A stretch of 64,000 bases of DNA from Tolypothrix carrinoi HA7290-LM1 (GTDB lineage Bacteria; Cyanobacteriota; Cyanobacteriia; Cyanobacteriales; Nostocaceae). Below the pieces are notes generated by a model, which saw only the letters and a program-made list of their open reading frames with translations, was not told the origin of the DNA and searched no databases. Location of the stretch: the NCBI GenBank assembly GCA_019358935.1, contig JAHHIK010000025.1, forward strand, positions 1 to 64,000, read 5' to 3'. The stretch's first letter is position 1. The number at the start of each line of letters is the position of its first letter. A program made the position numbers and the translations under genes. Of this stretch, positions 11,625 through 21,563 are shown piece after piece.

Positions 11625-11716
11625 GCGATGTCTGACGACAAGCCCTTCGGGTTCGGGAGTTCGCAATCGACGGGAACCGCCAAGACTGCGACTCCCTCAC
11701 CGCTCCGCGTCTACGC
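11625..11716 (+). repeat. Nested small dispersed repeats within a split HIP1 site
   Basis: GCGAT + GTCTGACGACAAGCC + [57-bp hairpin element] + GCTCCGCGTCTA + CGC. Confidence 0.7.
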
Positions 11717-11787
11717 TCGATTTAATCTACTATATTTAGTATGCTCTTCTCGTTAAATGGGTTGCGCTTGTTTATCCCTAAGTAATC

Positions 11788-13953
11788 ATGCCGAAATCTA
11801 AGAAGATCGCTCAACAAGTAAATCTTAGTGACCCACAATATTACCTGAACCGCGAGTTAAGCTGGTTGGAGTTTAATCGCAGGGTGTTGCATGAAGCTTG
11901 TGATGAGCGAACACCCCTTTTAGAACGCCTCAAATTTTTAGCGATTTTTGGTTCTAACCTGGATGAGTTTTTTATGGTGCGCGTTGCAGCGTTAAAGCAA
12001 CAGGTAGAGGCAAAAGTCAGCCAGTTAACTCCTGATGGTCGCACCCCGCAACAACAGTTAGATGATATTAGTTTGAGCTTGCGTCCTGTGGTAACGCTAC
12101 AGCACCAACACTTTGAGCAAGTATTAAAACCTAAGCTGGCAAGTCATGGTATCCATATCCTGGATTACATCCAATTGACTCAAAAACAGCGAAGTTATCT
12201 AGATAACTATTTTAACGAACAAATTTTTCCGGTTCTGACTCCGCTTGCCGTTGACCCTAGCCATCCTTTTCCTTATATTTCTAATCTCAGTTTGAATCTG
12301 GCTGTTGTGATTAAAAACCCAGAAACTGAGGAAGAATTTTTTGCTAGAGTCAAAGTCCCGAAAGTCTTACCGCGATTTTTGGCTTTACCGCCAGAGTTGG
12401 GAATTCACCACGATGGACAACCTGCGAATTGGACTGGTGTACCTTTAGAACAGGCGATCGCTCATAATCTGGAATCTCTATTTCCAGGCATGACTATTCA
12501 AGAATATCATCCCTTCCGCATTACTCGCGATGCTGATTTGGCACTCGAAGAAGATGAAGCTGACGATTTGCTGTTGGCAATTGAACAAGAACTAAGAAAA
12601 CGCCGCTTTGGGGGAAGTACGGTACGGCTAGAAATTCAATCTCAAACTCCGGAAAGCGTGCGATCGCGACTAGTAGAAGATTTAGAATTAGCAGAAAGCG
12701 ATGTTTATGAAGTAGACGGTCTTTTAGGACTGCGGGATTTAATGTATTTTATGGCATTACCCCTGTCAGAACTCAAAGACGAACCGTGGCAATCTGTAGT
12801 ACACCCGCGTTTGCAACGGATTAAGGAAGCACGTATAGAACCAGGTGTCTCAGGGGTAGAGGATGGCAGAGACTTTTTTTCGGTGATTCGGGAACGCGAT
12901 TTACTCGTACACCATCCGTATCAATCTTTTTCTACCTCGGTAGTACGCTTTATTACCCATGCGGCACACGATCCGGGGGTGTTGGCGATTAAAATGACTC
13001 TTTACCGGACTTCTGGCGACTCACCGATAGTTAATGCTCTAATTGATGCTGCTGAAAATGGCAAGCAAGTATCTGTATTAGTGGAACTGAAGGCGCGGTT
13101 TGATGAAGAAAATAATATTTATTGGGCAAGGCGATTAGAAAGAGTTGGTGTTCACGTTGTCTATGGTTTGGTAGGTCTGAAAACTCATAGCAAAATTGTC
13201 ATGGTGGTGCGCCGCGAACACGACCGGATTATGCGCTACGTGCATATTGGTACTGGTAATTATAACTCGAAAACTGCACGACTTTACACAGATTTTGGCT
13301 TGTTCAGCTGCCGGGAAGATTTGGGTGCTGATGTTACAGATGTGTTTAATTTTTTGACGGGATATTCTCGGCAAAAGTCTTATCGCCAGTTGTTAGTTGC
13401 CCCTGTGAATATGCGCGATCGCTTTTTGGCACTAATTCATCGCGAAATCGAGAATGCTCAAAATAAATTATCCGGGCGCATTGTTGCGAAAATGAATTCT
13501 CTAGTAGATCCGCAAATTATTGCCACTTTATACGAAGCTTCTCGCGCCGGAGTGCAAATTGACTTAATTGTGCGCGGTGTTTGCTGTTTGCGCCCAGGTC
13601 TTAAAGATATCAGTGACAATATTCGCATCATTAGTATTGTCGGTCGCTTTTTGGAACACTCCCGTATTTTTTACTTCTATAACAATGGAGAAGAAGAAAT
13701 TTACATCGGTAGCGCTGACTGGATGCGGCGCAATTTAGATCGTCGGGTGGAAGTGATTACCCCAGTGCAAGAACCAGATATTGCTAAAGATTTGCAAGAA
13801 GTATTAGGAATTATGATGGCAGATAACCGCCAAGCTTGGGAATTACAGCCTGATGGCAGTTATATCCAACGCCATCCAGGTGAGGATTGTCCGGAATCTC
13901 ACTCACAAAAAATTCTCATGTCTATGGCATTGGGTTCAAATAGCATTGCCTAA
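11788..13953 (+). CDS. ppk1: Polyphosphate kinase 1
   Basis: YLNRELSWLEFNRRVL, SNLDEFFMVRVA, HHPYQSF, ELKARFDEENNI, YIGSADWMRRNLDRRVE. Confidence 0.98.
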   Translation: MPKSKKIAQQVNLSDPQYYLNRELSWLEFNRRVLHEACDERTPLLERLKFLAIFGSNLDEFFMVRVAALKQQVEAKVSQLTPDGRTPQQQLDDISLSLRPVVTLQHQHFEQVLKPKLASHGIHILDYIQLTQKQRSYLDNYFNEQIFPVLTPLAVDPSHPFPYISNLSLNLAVVIKNPETEEEFFARVKVPKVLPRFLALPPELGIHHDGQPANWTGVPLEQAIAHNLESLFPGMTIQEYHPFRITRDADLALEEDEADDLLLAIEQELRKRRFGGSTVRLEIQSQTPESVRSRLVEDLELAESDVYEVDGLLGLRDLMYFMALPLSELKDEPWQSVVHPRLQRIKEARIEPGVSGVEDGRDFFSVIRERDLLVHHPYQSFSTSVVRFITHAAHDPGVLAIKMTLYRTSGDSPIVNALIDAAENGKQVSVLVELKARFDEENNIYWARRLERVGVHVVYGLVGLKTHSKIVMVVRREHDRIMRYVHIGTGNYNSKTARLYTDFGLFSCREDLGADVTDVFNFLTGYSRQKSYRQLLVAPVNMRDRFLALIHREIENAQNKLSGRIVAKMNSLVDPQIIATLYEASRAGVQIDLIVRGVCCLRPGLKDISDNIRIISIVGRFLEHSRIFYFYNNGEEEIYIGSADWMRRNLDRRVEVITPVQEPDIAKDLQEVLGIMMADNRQAWELQPDGSYIQRHPGEDCPESHSQKILMSMALGSNSIA

Positions 13954-14150
13954 AATATGATTGATTCAAAACATTTCTGACAACATAAATAACTCGGAAA
14001 ACGCGAGTTATTAATAAAACTTTAATTTTTGCCTCAGCTATCCGATTAATATCTATAAGTGCATAGCAATTATTCAACCATAGGATAGAGTCAGTGCCAC
14101 CAGTACTTCCCATAAACTATAAAAGTTATAGTACTTAATCGTTTCCTTAA

Positions 14151-14567
14151 ATGTTAATGCTGTCTTGTAAACCTTCTACTGTTGTGCGTATTTTAGTGGT
14201 TGACGATCACGAACTGACTCGTTTAACATTGCAATTGGCTTTTTCCTGCCAGGAAAACATCCAAGTTATAGGTTTAGCCAGTAATGGTCAAGAAGCAGTG
14301 GAAATGGTTAAGCGTCACCAGCCAGATGTGATTGTTTTAGATTTACAAATGCCAGTGATGGATGGTTGGTCTGCTTCTGGTCATATTAAAGCAATTTCCC
14401 CTGAGACTCAAATCATTGCTTACTCTTCGGTAGAAGACACGAAGTTGCTGGAGAAAAAAGCAATGAGTAACTTGGATGCTTTCTGCAAAAAAGATGTACC
14501 CACTAGGGAACTAATTGATTTGGTTAAGCAATTAGGGCAGCGTGAGTGCGATCGCTCCGTTGCATAA
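14151..14567 (+). CDS. Single-domain response regulator (REC)
   Basis: ILVVDDH, VIVLDLQMPVMDG; no output domain. Confidence 0.9.
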   Translation: MLMLSCKPSTVVRILVVDDHELTRLTLQLAFSCQENIQVIGLASNGQEAVEMVKRHQPDVIVLDLQMPVMDGWSASGHIKAISPETQIIAYSSVEDTKLLEKKAMSNLDAFCKKDVPTRELIDLVKQLGQRECDRSVA

Positions 14568-14695
14568 TAAGATAAACCCTGTGGTAACTCAAAGAACGAA
14601 TAGTTAGAAATATGGTAACGTTAAAGGCGTCGGTTGAAGTCTGAATTCAAGCTTCAACCGACGTAATTTAGTATTATATCGCTGCTTCAGTCCGC

Positions 14696-14878
14696 TTAAT
14701 TGCTTCCTGTTTGCGGAAACGTGCGTCTAAATTCGTCGAGTAAATCATCCATTTCTTCTAAAGCCTGATTTACATCAACTCTTAAAGTTCCCAAGTTGGG
14801 TTGCTCCAAAAGACTCAGCAAGTACTCGCGTTTGCTTTCAACTACAGCGATTCGTTCTTTTATAGTCTGTATATCCAT
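14696..14878 (-). CDS. Small conserved cyanobacterial hypothetical protein (60 aa)
   Basis: MDIQTIKERIA...LGTLRVDVNQALEEMDDLLDEF; convergent hairpin at about 14628-14663. Confidence 0.75.
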   Translation of the reverse strand: MDIQTIKERIAVVESKREYLLSLLEQPNLGTLRVDVNQALEEMDDLLDEFRRTFPQTGSN

Positions 14879-14921
14879 TGTTTTCTTTGACTTGTTTACT
14901 CTTCTCAAGTTTAGCTTTGAT

Positions 14922-15030
14922 TGTAGTAAGGACTGAGCGTCCTTGATTTAAGCGTTGAAACGCTTACTACGAAAATACTCTTATGTAGTAAGGACTGAGC
15001 GTCCTTGATTTAAGCGTTGAAACGCTTACT
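14922..15030 (+). repeat. Two identical 47-bp GTAG-headed REP-like units
   Basis: TGTAGTAAGGACTGAGCGTCCTTGATTTAAGCGTTGAAACGCTTACT at 14922 and 14984. Confidence 0.9.
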
Positions 15031-15123
15031 CGTATTTTAAAACTATAGTCTTTTGCTACCGGGGCGACACATAACCGATGATAATAAAGCTGAGGTCTTA
15101 AAAATTTATACCAATCTGAAATT

Positions 15124-15672
15124 ATGCTACGCCAATTTTCCTTGGGAACACTCGGTATAACCGTCGGTGGGATTTTGACCATCATGGGCTTCGTCGCTTA
15201 CGCTGCTGACTATGCCACACTTAATCTTGTCGGATTTTTTTATGGGATTCCTCTACTGCTGGGAGGATTCGCACTGAAGGCAAATGAACTCAAACCCGTA
15301 CCTTTCACTGAACCCCCAACACCATCAGTATTAGCACTACGCGAACAGCAAGCAACTAACACTCAAAAAGAAATTCGCAGAGACATTACTCAATATAGCT
15401 ACGGTCAAGACGCTCATTTAGATAAGGCTTTGTCGTTTTTGGGTTTAAGTCCGACAGATGAAGAACGACCATTAATTACAGGCTTCAGAGAAACAGAAAT
15501 TAATGGCGCTTATGCTTTAATTTTAGAATTTGATTCGCCAATGATACCAATTGATATTTGGGAACAAAAGCTAGATAAAATGACCAAGTTTTTTGGTCCG
15601 GGAGTTGAAGTTAAAGTTACCCAGACAGCTGAAGATGAACTTGAACTGACGCTGATTAGCACTCCCAAATAG
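15124..15672 (+). CDS. DUF2854 / APE1-like thylakoid membrane protein
   Basis: Two N-terminal TMs, FFYGIPLLLGGFALKANELKP, QYSYGQDAHL, KFFGPG. Confidence 0.85.
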   Translation: MLRQFSLGTLGITVGGILTIMGFVAYAADYATLNLVGFFYGIPLLLGGFALKANELKPVPFTEPPTPSVLALREQQATNTQKEIRRDITQYSYGQDAHLDKALSFLGLSPTDEERPLITGFRETEINGAYALILEFDSPMIPIDIWEQKLDKMTKFFGPGVEVKVTQTAEDELELTLISTPK

Positions 15673-15799
15673 CGACTACATCATGTCATGCAGCTCATTA
15701 ATAGTAATAAAAAGACTACAATCGTCGTAGAGACGTTTTGTCACAAGTCTCTACAATATTAAAAATGAGCGCAAAAATAATTGTAAGGCACATTATACA

Positions 15800-15827
15800 G
15801 TAGCGGTAATTCATGAATTACCGCTAC
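15800..15827. repeat. GTAG-headed perfect palindrome (REP-like)
   Basis: GTAGCGGTAATTCATGAATTACCGCTAC. Confidence 0.85.
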
Positions 15828-15932
15828 TTACGACACGGCGTTACTATATTCTCATTCCTGAATATGTGTAATAAGCCTGTCATGATATTAGTTATTAGTC
15901 ATGAGCCATTTGCGTTGCCGACTAATGACTAA

Positions 15933-16193
15933 TTACTTTTCTAAACGAACTGCATACCACTGCAAATATTGACCAACACCAATATCTAACTCGCAACTAG
16001 TGTCAAGTAAATATTGAGCTTGAGCTTCCACAGAATTAAATGAGCGTAAGTCTTGTGGCAAATCTTGAAAGTTGAAGTTTTGCAGAACTTTTTTCAGCTT
16101 TTCTAATAACTCAGATGCAGTCATAAATTGTTCTGGTTGGTTTGTTTCTAGGACGACAAAATCATCCTGCTGATACATTAATGAGTCTGGCAT
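15933..16193 (-). CDS. crr7: Chlororespiratory reduction protein 7 (NDH-1 assembly)
   Basis: FVVLETNQPEQFMT...LLDTSCELDIG.GQYLQWYAVRLEK. Confidence 0.88.
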   Translation of the reverse strand: MPDSLMYQQDDFVVLETNQPEQFMTASELLEKLKKVLQNFNFQDLPQDLRSFNSVEAQAQYLLDTSCELDIGVGQYLQWYAVRLEK

Positions 16194-16457
16194 TGAAGAA
16201 AATTGGTAACTTTATATCCAATTATTATAAAATTGTGCCAAGTCTGCCGATGCTTAATAAGTTGAAATCTGAGATCGGGATTTGGGGAAGAAGCGCGATC
16301 GCGCTTGACTTTTACTTGCTACAAAGCGCAAAGTAACGTCATAATGAAGGTTTCAAGGTTTACAGTTGATGTTTTCAATAACATCGCAATTCCTATGAAG
16401 CAGTTGGGAAACATAAATAGTAACTCCTGCCATGTACCTGGCAAGACAAAAAAGTTA

Positions 16458-16554
16458 TAGGACTTAGGCAAAACTAAAGTTTTGTAGGGGACCCTTCATG
16501 AAGGGTCCCCTACGTAACTTCAATGGTGACGACGAAGGAAGTGCGTAAGTCCTA
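16458..16554. mobile_element. MITE-like element (TIR TAGGACTTAGGCA / TGCGTAAGTCCTA) with an internal REP palindrome
   Basis: 13-bp inverted ends with 1 mismatch, AAGTTA direct repeat at both ends, perfect palindrome 16484-16513. Confidence 0.7.
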
Positions 16555-17100
16555 AGTTAAAAAAATTGCCTTTGCGTTTCAGATAGATTTTTTATGCAAC
16601 TCAGTCATCTACCATTTGCTTGGCTCAAAACAATTAGACTTTTTTCAGAAGTCGGGGAAAGTGAGGGGTCTATTGTCCGAAAACAGTTGATTGTAAAGCC
16701 GGATGCAGCCGGACGGCAATTTATGACAATGAGTGTGCGATCGCCTAAATACCCTTTTCCCCGATCGCTGGGATAACGCACCCTAACCACCCCAAAGTTA
16801 CCCAGTCTGGGAAACAGACGGGAAAAAACTTGGTTGTTCTAGGTGCTATTTTGTCACAATCAGAGCGAAAAACCCAGACACAAAAAAATATTTACCACTA
16901 CCACAGGGCGTAAGTTTTTGGCTTTTCCGGTAAATTGCAGACAGTCAATGCCTGTAAAATCAACATAACGCAAGAAAGCGCCAAAATTTCCCCATTTTAT
17001 TCAATTAATATTACAGGCTCTGGTGGTTAAAATAGCAAAATCTTGAAATATAAATTAATAGCTTGCCTCCAGATGCCGTATTCTTTGTGGAACGCAACTC

Positions 17101-18138
17101 ATGTCAGGCACAAAACCAACTTCTATTTCCAACAAACCTCCTCTAATTCTGCTGGCTGATGATGACAAACCCATCAGAGTGCTGTTGCGTGAATTTCTGG
17201 AAAAAGAAGGTTATCGAGTTCTGGAGGTAACAAATGGTAAGGAGTGTTTAGAAGCTTTCTTAAGTGTTAAACCGGATCTAGTTATTTTAGATGCGATTAT
17301 GCCCGTAATGGATGGCTTTGCCTGCTGCAAGCAGCTGATCCAAATTGCTAGAAATAACTTGGTATTAGCTCTAGCCAATTTTGATACTGGTGGATCTTCT
17401 CTAGGTACTACTGTAATCTCAAAGCTATGGGAGCGCACTCCCATATTGATGATTACAGGCTTGGAAGATCCAGAGTTAGTAGACCGTGCTTTTGAAGCCG
17501 GAGCGAGCGATTTTGTCACCAAACCAATTCACCTAGGGATATTGCGTCAACGAGTACGACGGTTGCTGCAACAAGCGCAACTATACAAACAACTAGAAGC
17601 TGCTAACAAGGCTCTACAGCATCTTGCTAACGTAGATGGTTTAACTGGTGTGGCTAATCGTCGGCGTTTTAATGATTATCTAAATTCTCAGTGGTTGACT
17701 CTAGCATCAGAGCGATCGCCTTTATCACTTATTCTCTGTGATATCGACTTTTTTAAACTTTATAACGATAAATATGGTCATCCGGCTGGAGATACGTGCT
17801 TGCAAAAGGTTGGTACTGTCTTAAGCGAAACAGTACAAAACTCTCAGGATTTAGTTGCGCGTTACGGTGGCGAAGAATTTGCAGTAATTATGCCGAATAC
17901 TCAGATGGGTGGAGCAGTTCATTTTGCCGCAGCAATGCAAGCTGGAGTCAGGGAGTTAGAAATTCTTCACGAACCATCAACTATTAGTCGCTACGTCACT
18001 CTTAGTTTGGGGGTAGCAACCACGATTCCTACTTTTGAATCTGAACCCTCATCTTTAATTCAAGAAGCAGATAAGGCTCTTTACAAAGCAAAAGCAGAAG
18101 GACGCAATCGCATTATTCTTAAGCAAATGCTTGATTAA
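17101..18138 (+). CDS. REC-GGDEF response regulator / diguanylate cyclase
   Basis: ILLADDD, LDAIMPVMDG, DGLTGVANRR, DIDFFKLYND.YGH..GD, ARYGGEEF. Confidence 0.95.
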   Translation: MSGTKPTSISNKPPLILLADDDKPIRVLLREFLEKEGYRVLEVTNGKECLEAFLSVKPDLVILDAIMPVMDGFACCKQLIQIARNNLVLALANFDTGGSSLGTTVISKLWERTPILMITGLEDPELVDRAFEAGASDFVTKPIHLGILRQRVRRLLQQAQLYKQLEAANKALQHLANVDGLTGVANRRRFNDYLNSQWLTLASERSPLSLILCDIDFFKLYNDKYGHPAGDTCLQKVGTVLSETVQNSQDLVARYGGEEFAVIMPNTQMGGAVHFAAAMQAGVRELEILHEPSTISRYVTLSLGVATTIPTFESEPSSLIQEADKALYKAKAEGRNRIILKQMLD

Positions 18139-18145
18139 AAATGTT

Positions 18146-18301
18146 GGGCAATGGGCAATGGGCAATTGTTTAATGGGCAATGGGCAATTGTTTAATGGGC
18201 AATGGGCAATTGTTTAATGGGAATAAAAAGAAGTTTCCAAATTTCACTTGGACGATGCCCCATGCCCGATGCCCCATGCCCGATGCCCCATGCCCCATTC
18301 C
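18146..18301. repeat. Inverted STRR heptamer arrays (GGGCAAT / ATGCCCC) between convergent genes
   Basis: Visible tandem heptamers. Confidence 0.85.
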
Positions 18302-19510
18302 CTAAGAAGGATAAACTGGCAAAGTGAAATGGAACCATGCTCCGCCGGTAGGGGCAGAATCTACCCAAATCTGACCGTAGTGTGCGCGGATGATGCGTTG
18401 GCACAAACATAGTCCAATGCCATAACCTTCTGTGGCTTCATCGCGTTTTAGGCGGAAGTGATTTTCAAAGATGCGATCGCGGTTTTCTTCAGGAATACCA
18501 GGACCTGTGTCGCCAATACTAAACTGTACTTTTTGAGTGGTGCGGTGCAGTCCACAAACGCTAATCTTACCGTTATCTGGGGTGTATTTAATGGCATTAT
18601 CTAAAAGATTTACCAACACTTGGCGGATGCGTTCTGGATCGGCATACACATAAGGCAAGTCTTTGGGGATATCTATTTCTACCTGTTGCGATTTGGCAAT
18701 GTAGCGATCGCCTAATTCCTCTAGTACATCTAAACAAAGTTTGCCAATGTTTGTCTTTTGTGGTATAATTGGCAATTCTGTTTCAGTTCCTCGACCAACT
18801 TGCAAAAGGTCAGCTATCATCCGGTCAATTGTGCGAGTTTGACTGCGGGCTTGCTTTAATAAATGTACAGCCATAGCTGGTTTGAGGCGCTGGAATTGAT
18901 TGATATCGGGATTGTAATCAGATTGCAAAGTTTCTAAAGCGATCGCACAAGCAGTTAGCGGATTGCGGAGGTCATGAGCTAACATAGCGATTACTCGGTC
19001 TTTAAACTGTATTTGCTCTTGGAGTTTTTCTTTTTCCTGTTTTAAGCGAAAAATTTCATCCGAGAGTTGAATTAGTTCAGCCGAAGCAACAACTGAAGAA
19101 ATAGAAGTTATGCTTGATGCCACATGAGCGTTGTCATCAATGGTTTCTTGCAGCTCATTCTCTAATTTTAAATAAGCTTCGGTGATTACCGCTTGCCAGC
19201 GGGGCCACCAGGTTTTCAGTTGGGCGATGATATTACTGCCAGCGAGTATCTGCCTGGGGTCAGGACGGATTTTAATTAACGCTGGCGTTGCTACCAATTT
19301 AAAGTGTTCCGCCAAATAGGGTTGTTGCCCAACATCGACAATTTGAAGTTCAAATTTATACTCAGCCTGTAATTCTTTGAGAAAGGCGCGTATTCGCAGT
19401 ACTTGCTGTCGGGACTTTGGACGTCCATCGACAAATAGTAAGAGCTGGAGTGGAGCCTCAGAGTAAATAGGCTGATCCTGGGAAACTTGCATGTAATCGT
19501 GTTTCAGCAC
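18302..19510 (-). CDS. sasA: Circadian output sensor kinase SasA
   Basis: KaiB-like N-terminus ([30 protein letters not shown]), HDLRNPL H-box, HATPase domain. Confidence 0.95.
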   Translation of the reverse strand: MLKHDYMQVSQDQPIYSEAPLQLLLFVDGRPKSRQQVLRIRAFLKELQAEYKFELQIVDVGQQPYLAEHFKLVATPALIKIRPDPRQILAGSNIIAQLKTWWPRWQAVITEAYLKLENELQETIDDNAHVASSITSISSVVASAELIQLSDEIFRLKQEKEKLQEQIQFKDRVIAMLAHDLRNPLTACAIALETLQSDYNPDINQFQRLKPAMAVHLLKQARSQTRTIDRMIADLLQVGRGTETELPIIPQKTNIGKLCLDVLEELGDRYIAKSQQVEIDIPKDLPYVYADPERIRQVLVNLLDNAIKYTPDNGKISVCGLHRTTQKVQFSIGDTGPGIPEENRDRIFENHFRLKRDEATEGYGIGLCLCQRIIRAHYGQIWVDSAPTGGAWFHFTLPVYPS

Positions 19511-19636
19511 TGGTAACAACCCGGCGACGCTTGAGAGAAATTAAAATAAACGGACAATTGTCGATGGTGGTTCGTTTTTCTCAATTTAATATCTATTTTA
19601 GATTTTTCATACTCCCATTCGATCTGCGTTTTTAAG

Positions 19637-21142
19637 ATGAGACACATATTTTTCAGCTTTTTGCTTCTTTTTTGGCTAATTTCTGTTCCTAGAAACACGT
19701 TAGCTGCTGAATATAAGCCAGAATCTGCCCAAAGTCCAAATTCTGCATTACAGCCAGCGAGCGATCGCTTTTATAAATCTGCCAGTTTGTTAGTGCAGCA
19801 GCAGATCAACTTGATTGCTCGCATTGAGCAAGCATTATCTCAACCTGATGCCAATCGGATGCGAGCTGTTCGGGGGCAATTAACAATTCAAGTTAAGGCA
19901 ACAGAAGGTTTTCTCAAATATCAGTACAATAGCCCGAAAGCTTTATGTACTCCAACGGATTCTTCTACGAGATTGCCGAAAACTTCGCAGTTAACGGTGG
20001 AACAAATACAAATATATTGTTCTTTGTACGCTTCCAGCTCAAAATTGTCAAACCTTGCTCCATTATTAGATAGGTTATTATCTCGACGGGGAGAGTTGGC
20101 GTTAGTACGAGAGTTACCACTAGTATCTTCTGAACGACAATCAGATCCAGTGCTTTCGATCGCACTCACGCAGTATCCCGACTTGGGAAAACCAGCGATA
20201 CCTTTTTCCACATGGGAGCCGATACCACCAAATCCACCACAAATAATTGGTAGAACTGCGAAAACAGCCATAGCTGATTATGTACCGCCACGGCAACCAG
20301 CGATCGCACCTCCAGCAGAAGCGTTGACTACTTTAGAAACTGCTCTTCAGCTCTTAGCAACAGCACAAGCAGCATTTCCCCCAGACATAAAATTTAACAA
20401 TCCGAGGGAAACTTTTACTAAACTCGATCGTTTTGCCTACGATCTCGACCCTCAAGAGCCGCAGATTTACGCAAAGTTTCTCACTTCACCTAATACTGGT
20501 ATTTTTCGCGTCTTGCCGCATACAGCTTACAATCGTCCCCTGAATACACTCCAGAATCGATTGCAACCTAGCGTCAGCGATCGCTATCCATTTCCGTCCT
20601 TGGGTGAGGCTAAAGGCGGATTTACCCCCAGTCTAGCACTTGTGATGGTTGGCGATAACTTTCAGTTAAAGCAACAAGGACTAGATTACAACTTTATGGT
20701 GAATGTCGGCGATATCCCCTTAGAAAAATTGGATGCAAAGTTGCAAGTTATTTCACCGCAAACGCGGAAATTTTTTCTTAACTATCAACCTCCCAAGCAA
20801 TTAAAGACATTGGAAGTAGAGCAACGACGGTTTGTAACTGGGAAAAACCAACAATTTAATCATCAAGTAATTTTAGCGGGTGCGAAATCAGAATTGAACC
20901 GTACTTATTTAGTGCGATCGCTACAGTTCCAATTACCAGAGATGATTGTAAGTGGTCAGCCTCTAACCCCAGCGCAGCGACGCCACCTAGACCAATTACA
21001 ACAAATGCACAGCAGTGACATCATCTTCGCCTTCCGTCCAGTTCGTCGGCGTTCTGATGGCAGCTACACAGTTCTGTGGCGAGTTCTTAATCAATTACCC
21101 GCACCGCAAATTGAAGATTTAGAGAACTACCTGAAATTTTAA
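19637..21142 (+). CDS. Secreted hypothetical protein
   Basis: 501 aa ORF with N-terminal signal peptide; no family recognised. Confidence 0.8.
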   Translation: MRHIFFSFLLLFWLISVPRNTLAAEYKPESAQSPNSALQPASDRFYKSASLLVQQQINLIARIEQALSQPDANRMRAVRGQLTIQVKATEGFLKYQYNSPKALCTPTDSSTRLPKTSQLTVEQIQIYCSLYASSSKLSNLAPLLDRLLSRRGELALVRELPLVSSERQSDPVLSIALTQYPDLGKPAIPFSTWEPIPPNPPQIIGRTAKTAIADYVPPRQPAIAPPAEALTTLETALQLLATAQAAFPPDIKFNNPRETFTKLDRFAYDLDPQEPQIYAKFLTSPNTGIFRVLPHTAYNRPLNTLQNRLQPSVSDRYPFPSLGEAKGGFTPSLALVMVGDNFQLKQQGLDYNFMVNVGDIPLEKLDAKLQVISPQTRKFFLNYQPPKQLKTLEVEQRRFVTGKNQQFNHQVILAGAKSELNRTYLVRSLQFQLPEMIVSGQPLTPAQRRHLDQLQQMHSSDIIFAFRPVRRRSDGSYTVLWRVLNQLPAPQIEDLENYLKF

Positions 21143-21175
21143 CCTACAGGCGCGATCTGCCTGTGGCTATACGAA

Positions 21176-21340
21176 CAAAGCCTACCTACGTAGGCTTTTT
21201 AATTTCAAGTCCGCGTAGTAGGCGGACGAGCGTTTGTTTAGCCGCGACTTCATGTGCGTACAAACCCTACCTACGTAGCCTTTTTGATTTTAAGTCCCCG
21301 TAGGCGGACGAGCGTTTGTTTAGCCGCGACTGAAGTCGTC
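21176..21340 (+). repeat. Tandem pair of ~83-bp hairpin-rich dispersed repeats
   Basis: CCTACCTACGTAG...TAGGCGGACGAGCGTTTGTTTAGCCGCGACT occurs twice; related sequence at about 38346-38376. Confidence 0.75.
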
Positions 21341-21563
21341 GGGTCATAAGTTAAACATTTTGATGTTTTTTTCGCGAAAATGTTACTTTAGCAGCATTTC
21401 CGGTAACTGTATAACTAGAAACCCGGTTTCTCCCAGAAACCGGGTTTCTAGGCATCGTGAGGGATATAGACACCAAGTTGATTTTGAGCAAAGTGAAACA
21501 CTTGTTTCATAGTTCTGCTCATTCCCCAGTTACCATAAATACAAAATTTCCAATACCTGATGT

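Noticed and set aside
10920..11700. (GTRGIG)n and (GDK)n ORFs around the four-helix-bundle gene
   Set aside because: Translations of STRR arms with no independent coding evidence
14922..15030. CRISPR array
   Set aside because: Only two 47-bp units with a 15-nt gap, REP-like GTAG/CTAC ends, and no cas genes
16594..16790. Overlapping 60-61 aa ORFs upstream of the diguanylate cyclase
   Set aside because: No recognisable motif or RBS; likely spurious in a promoter region
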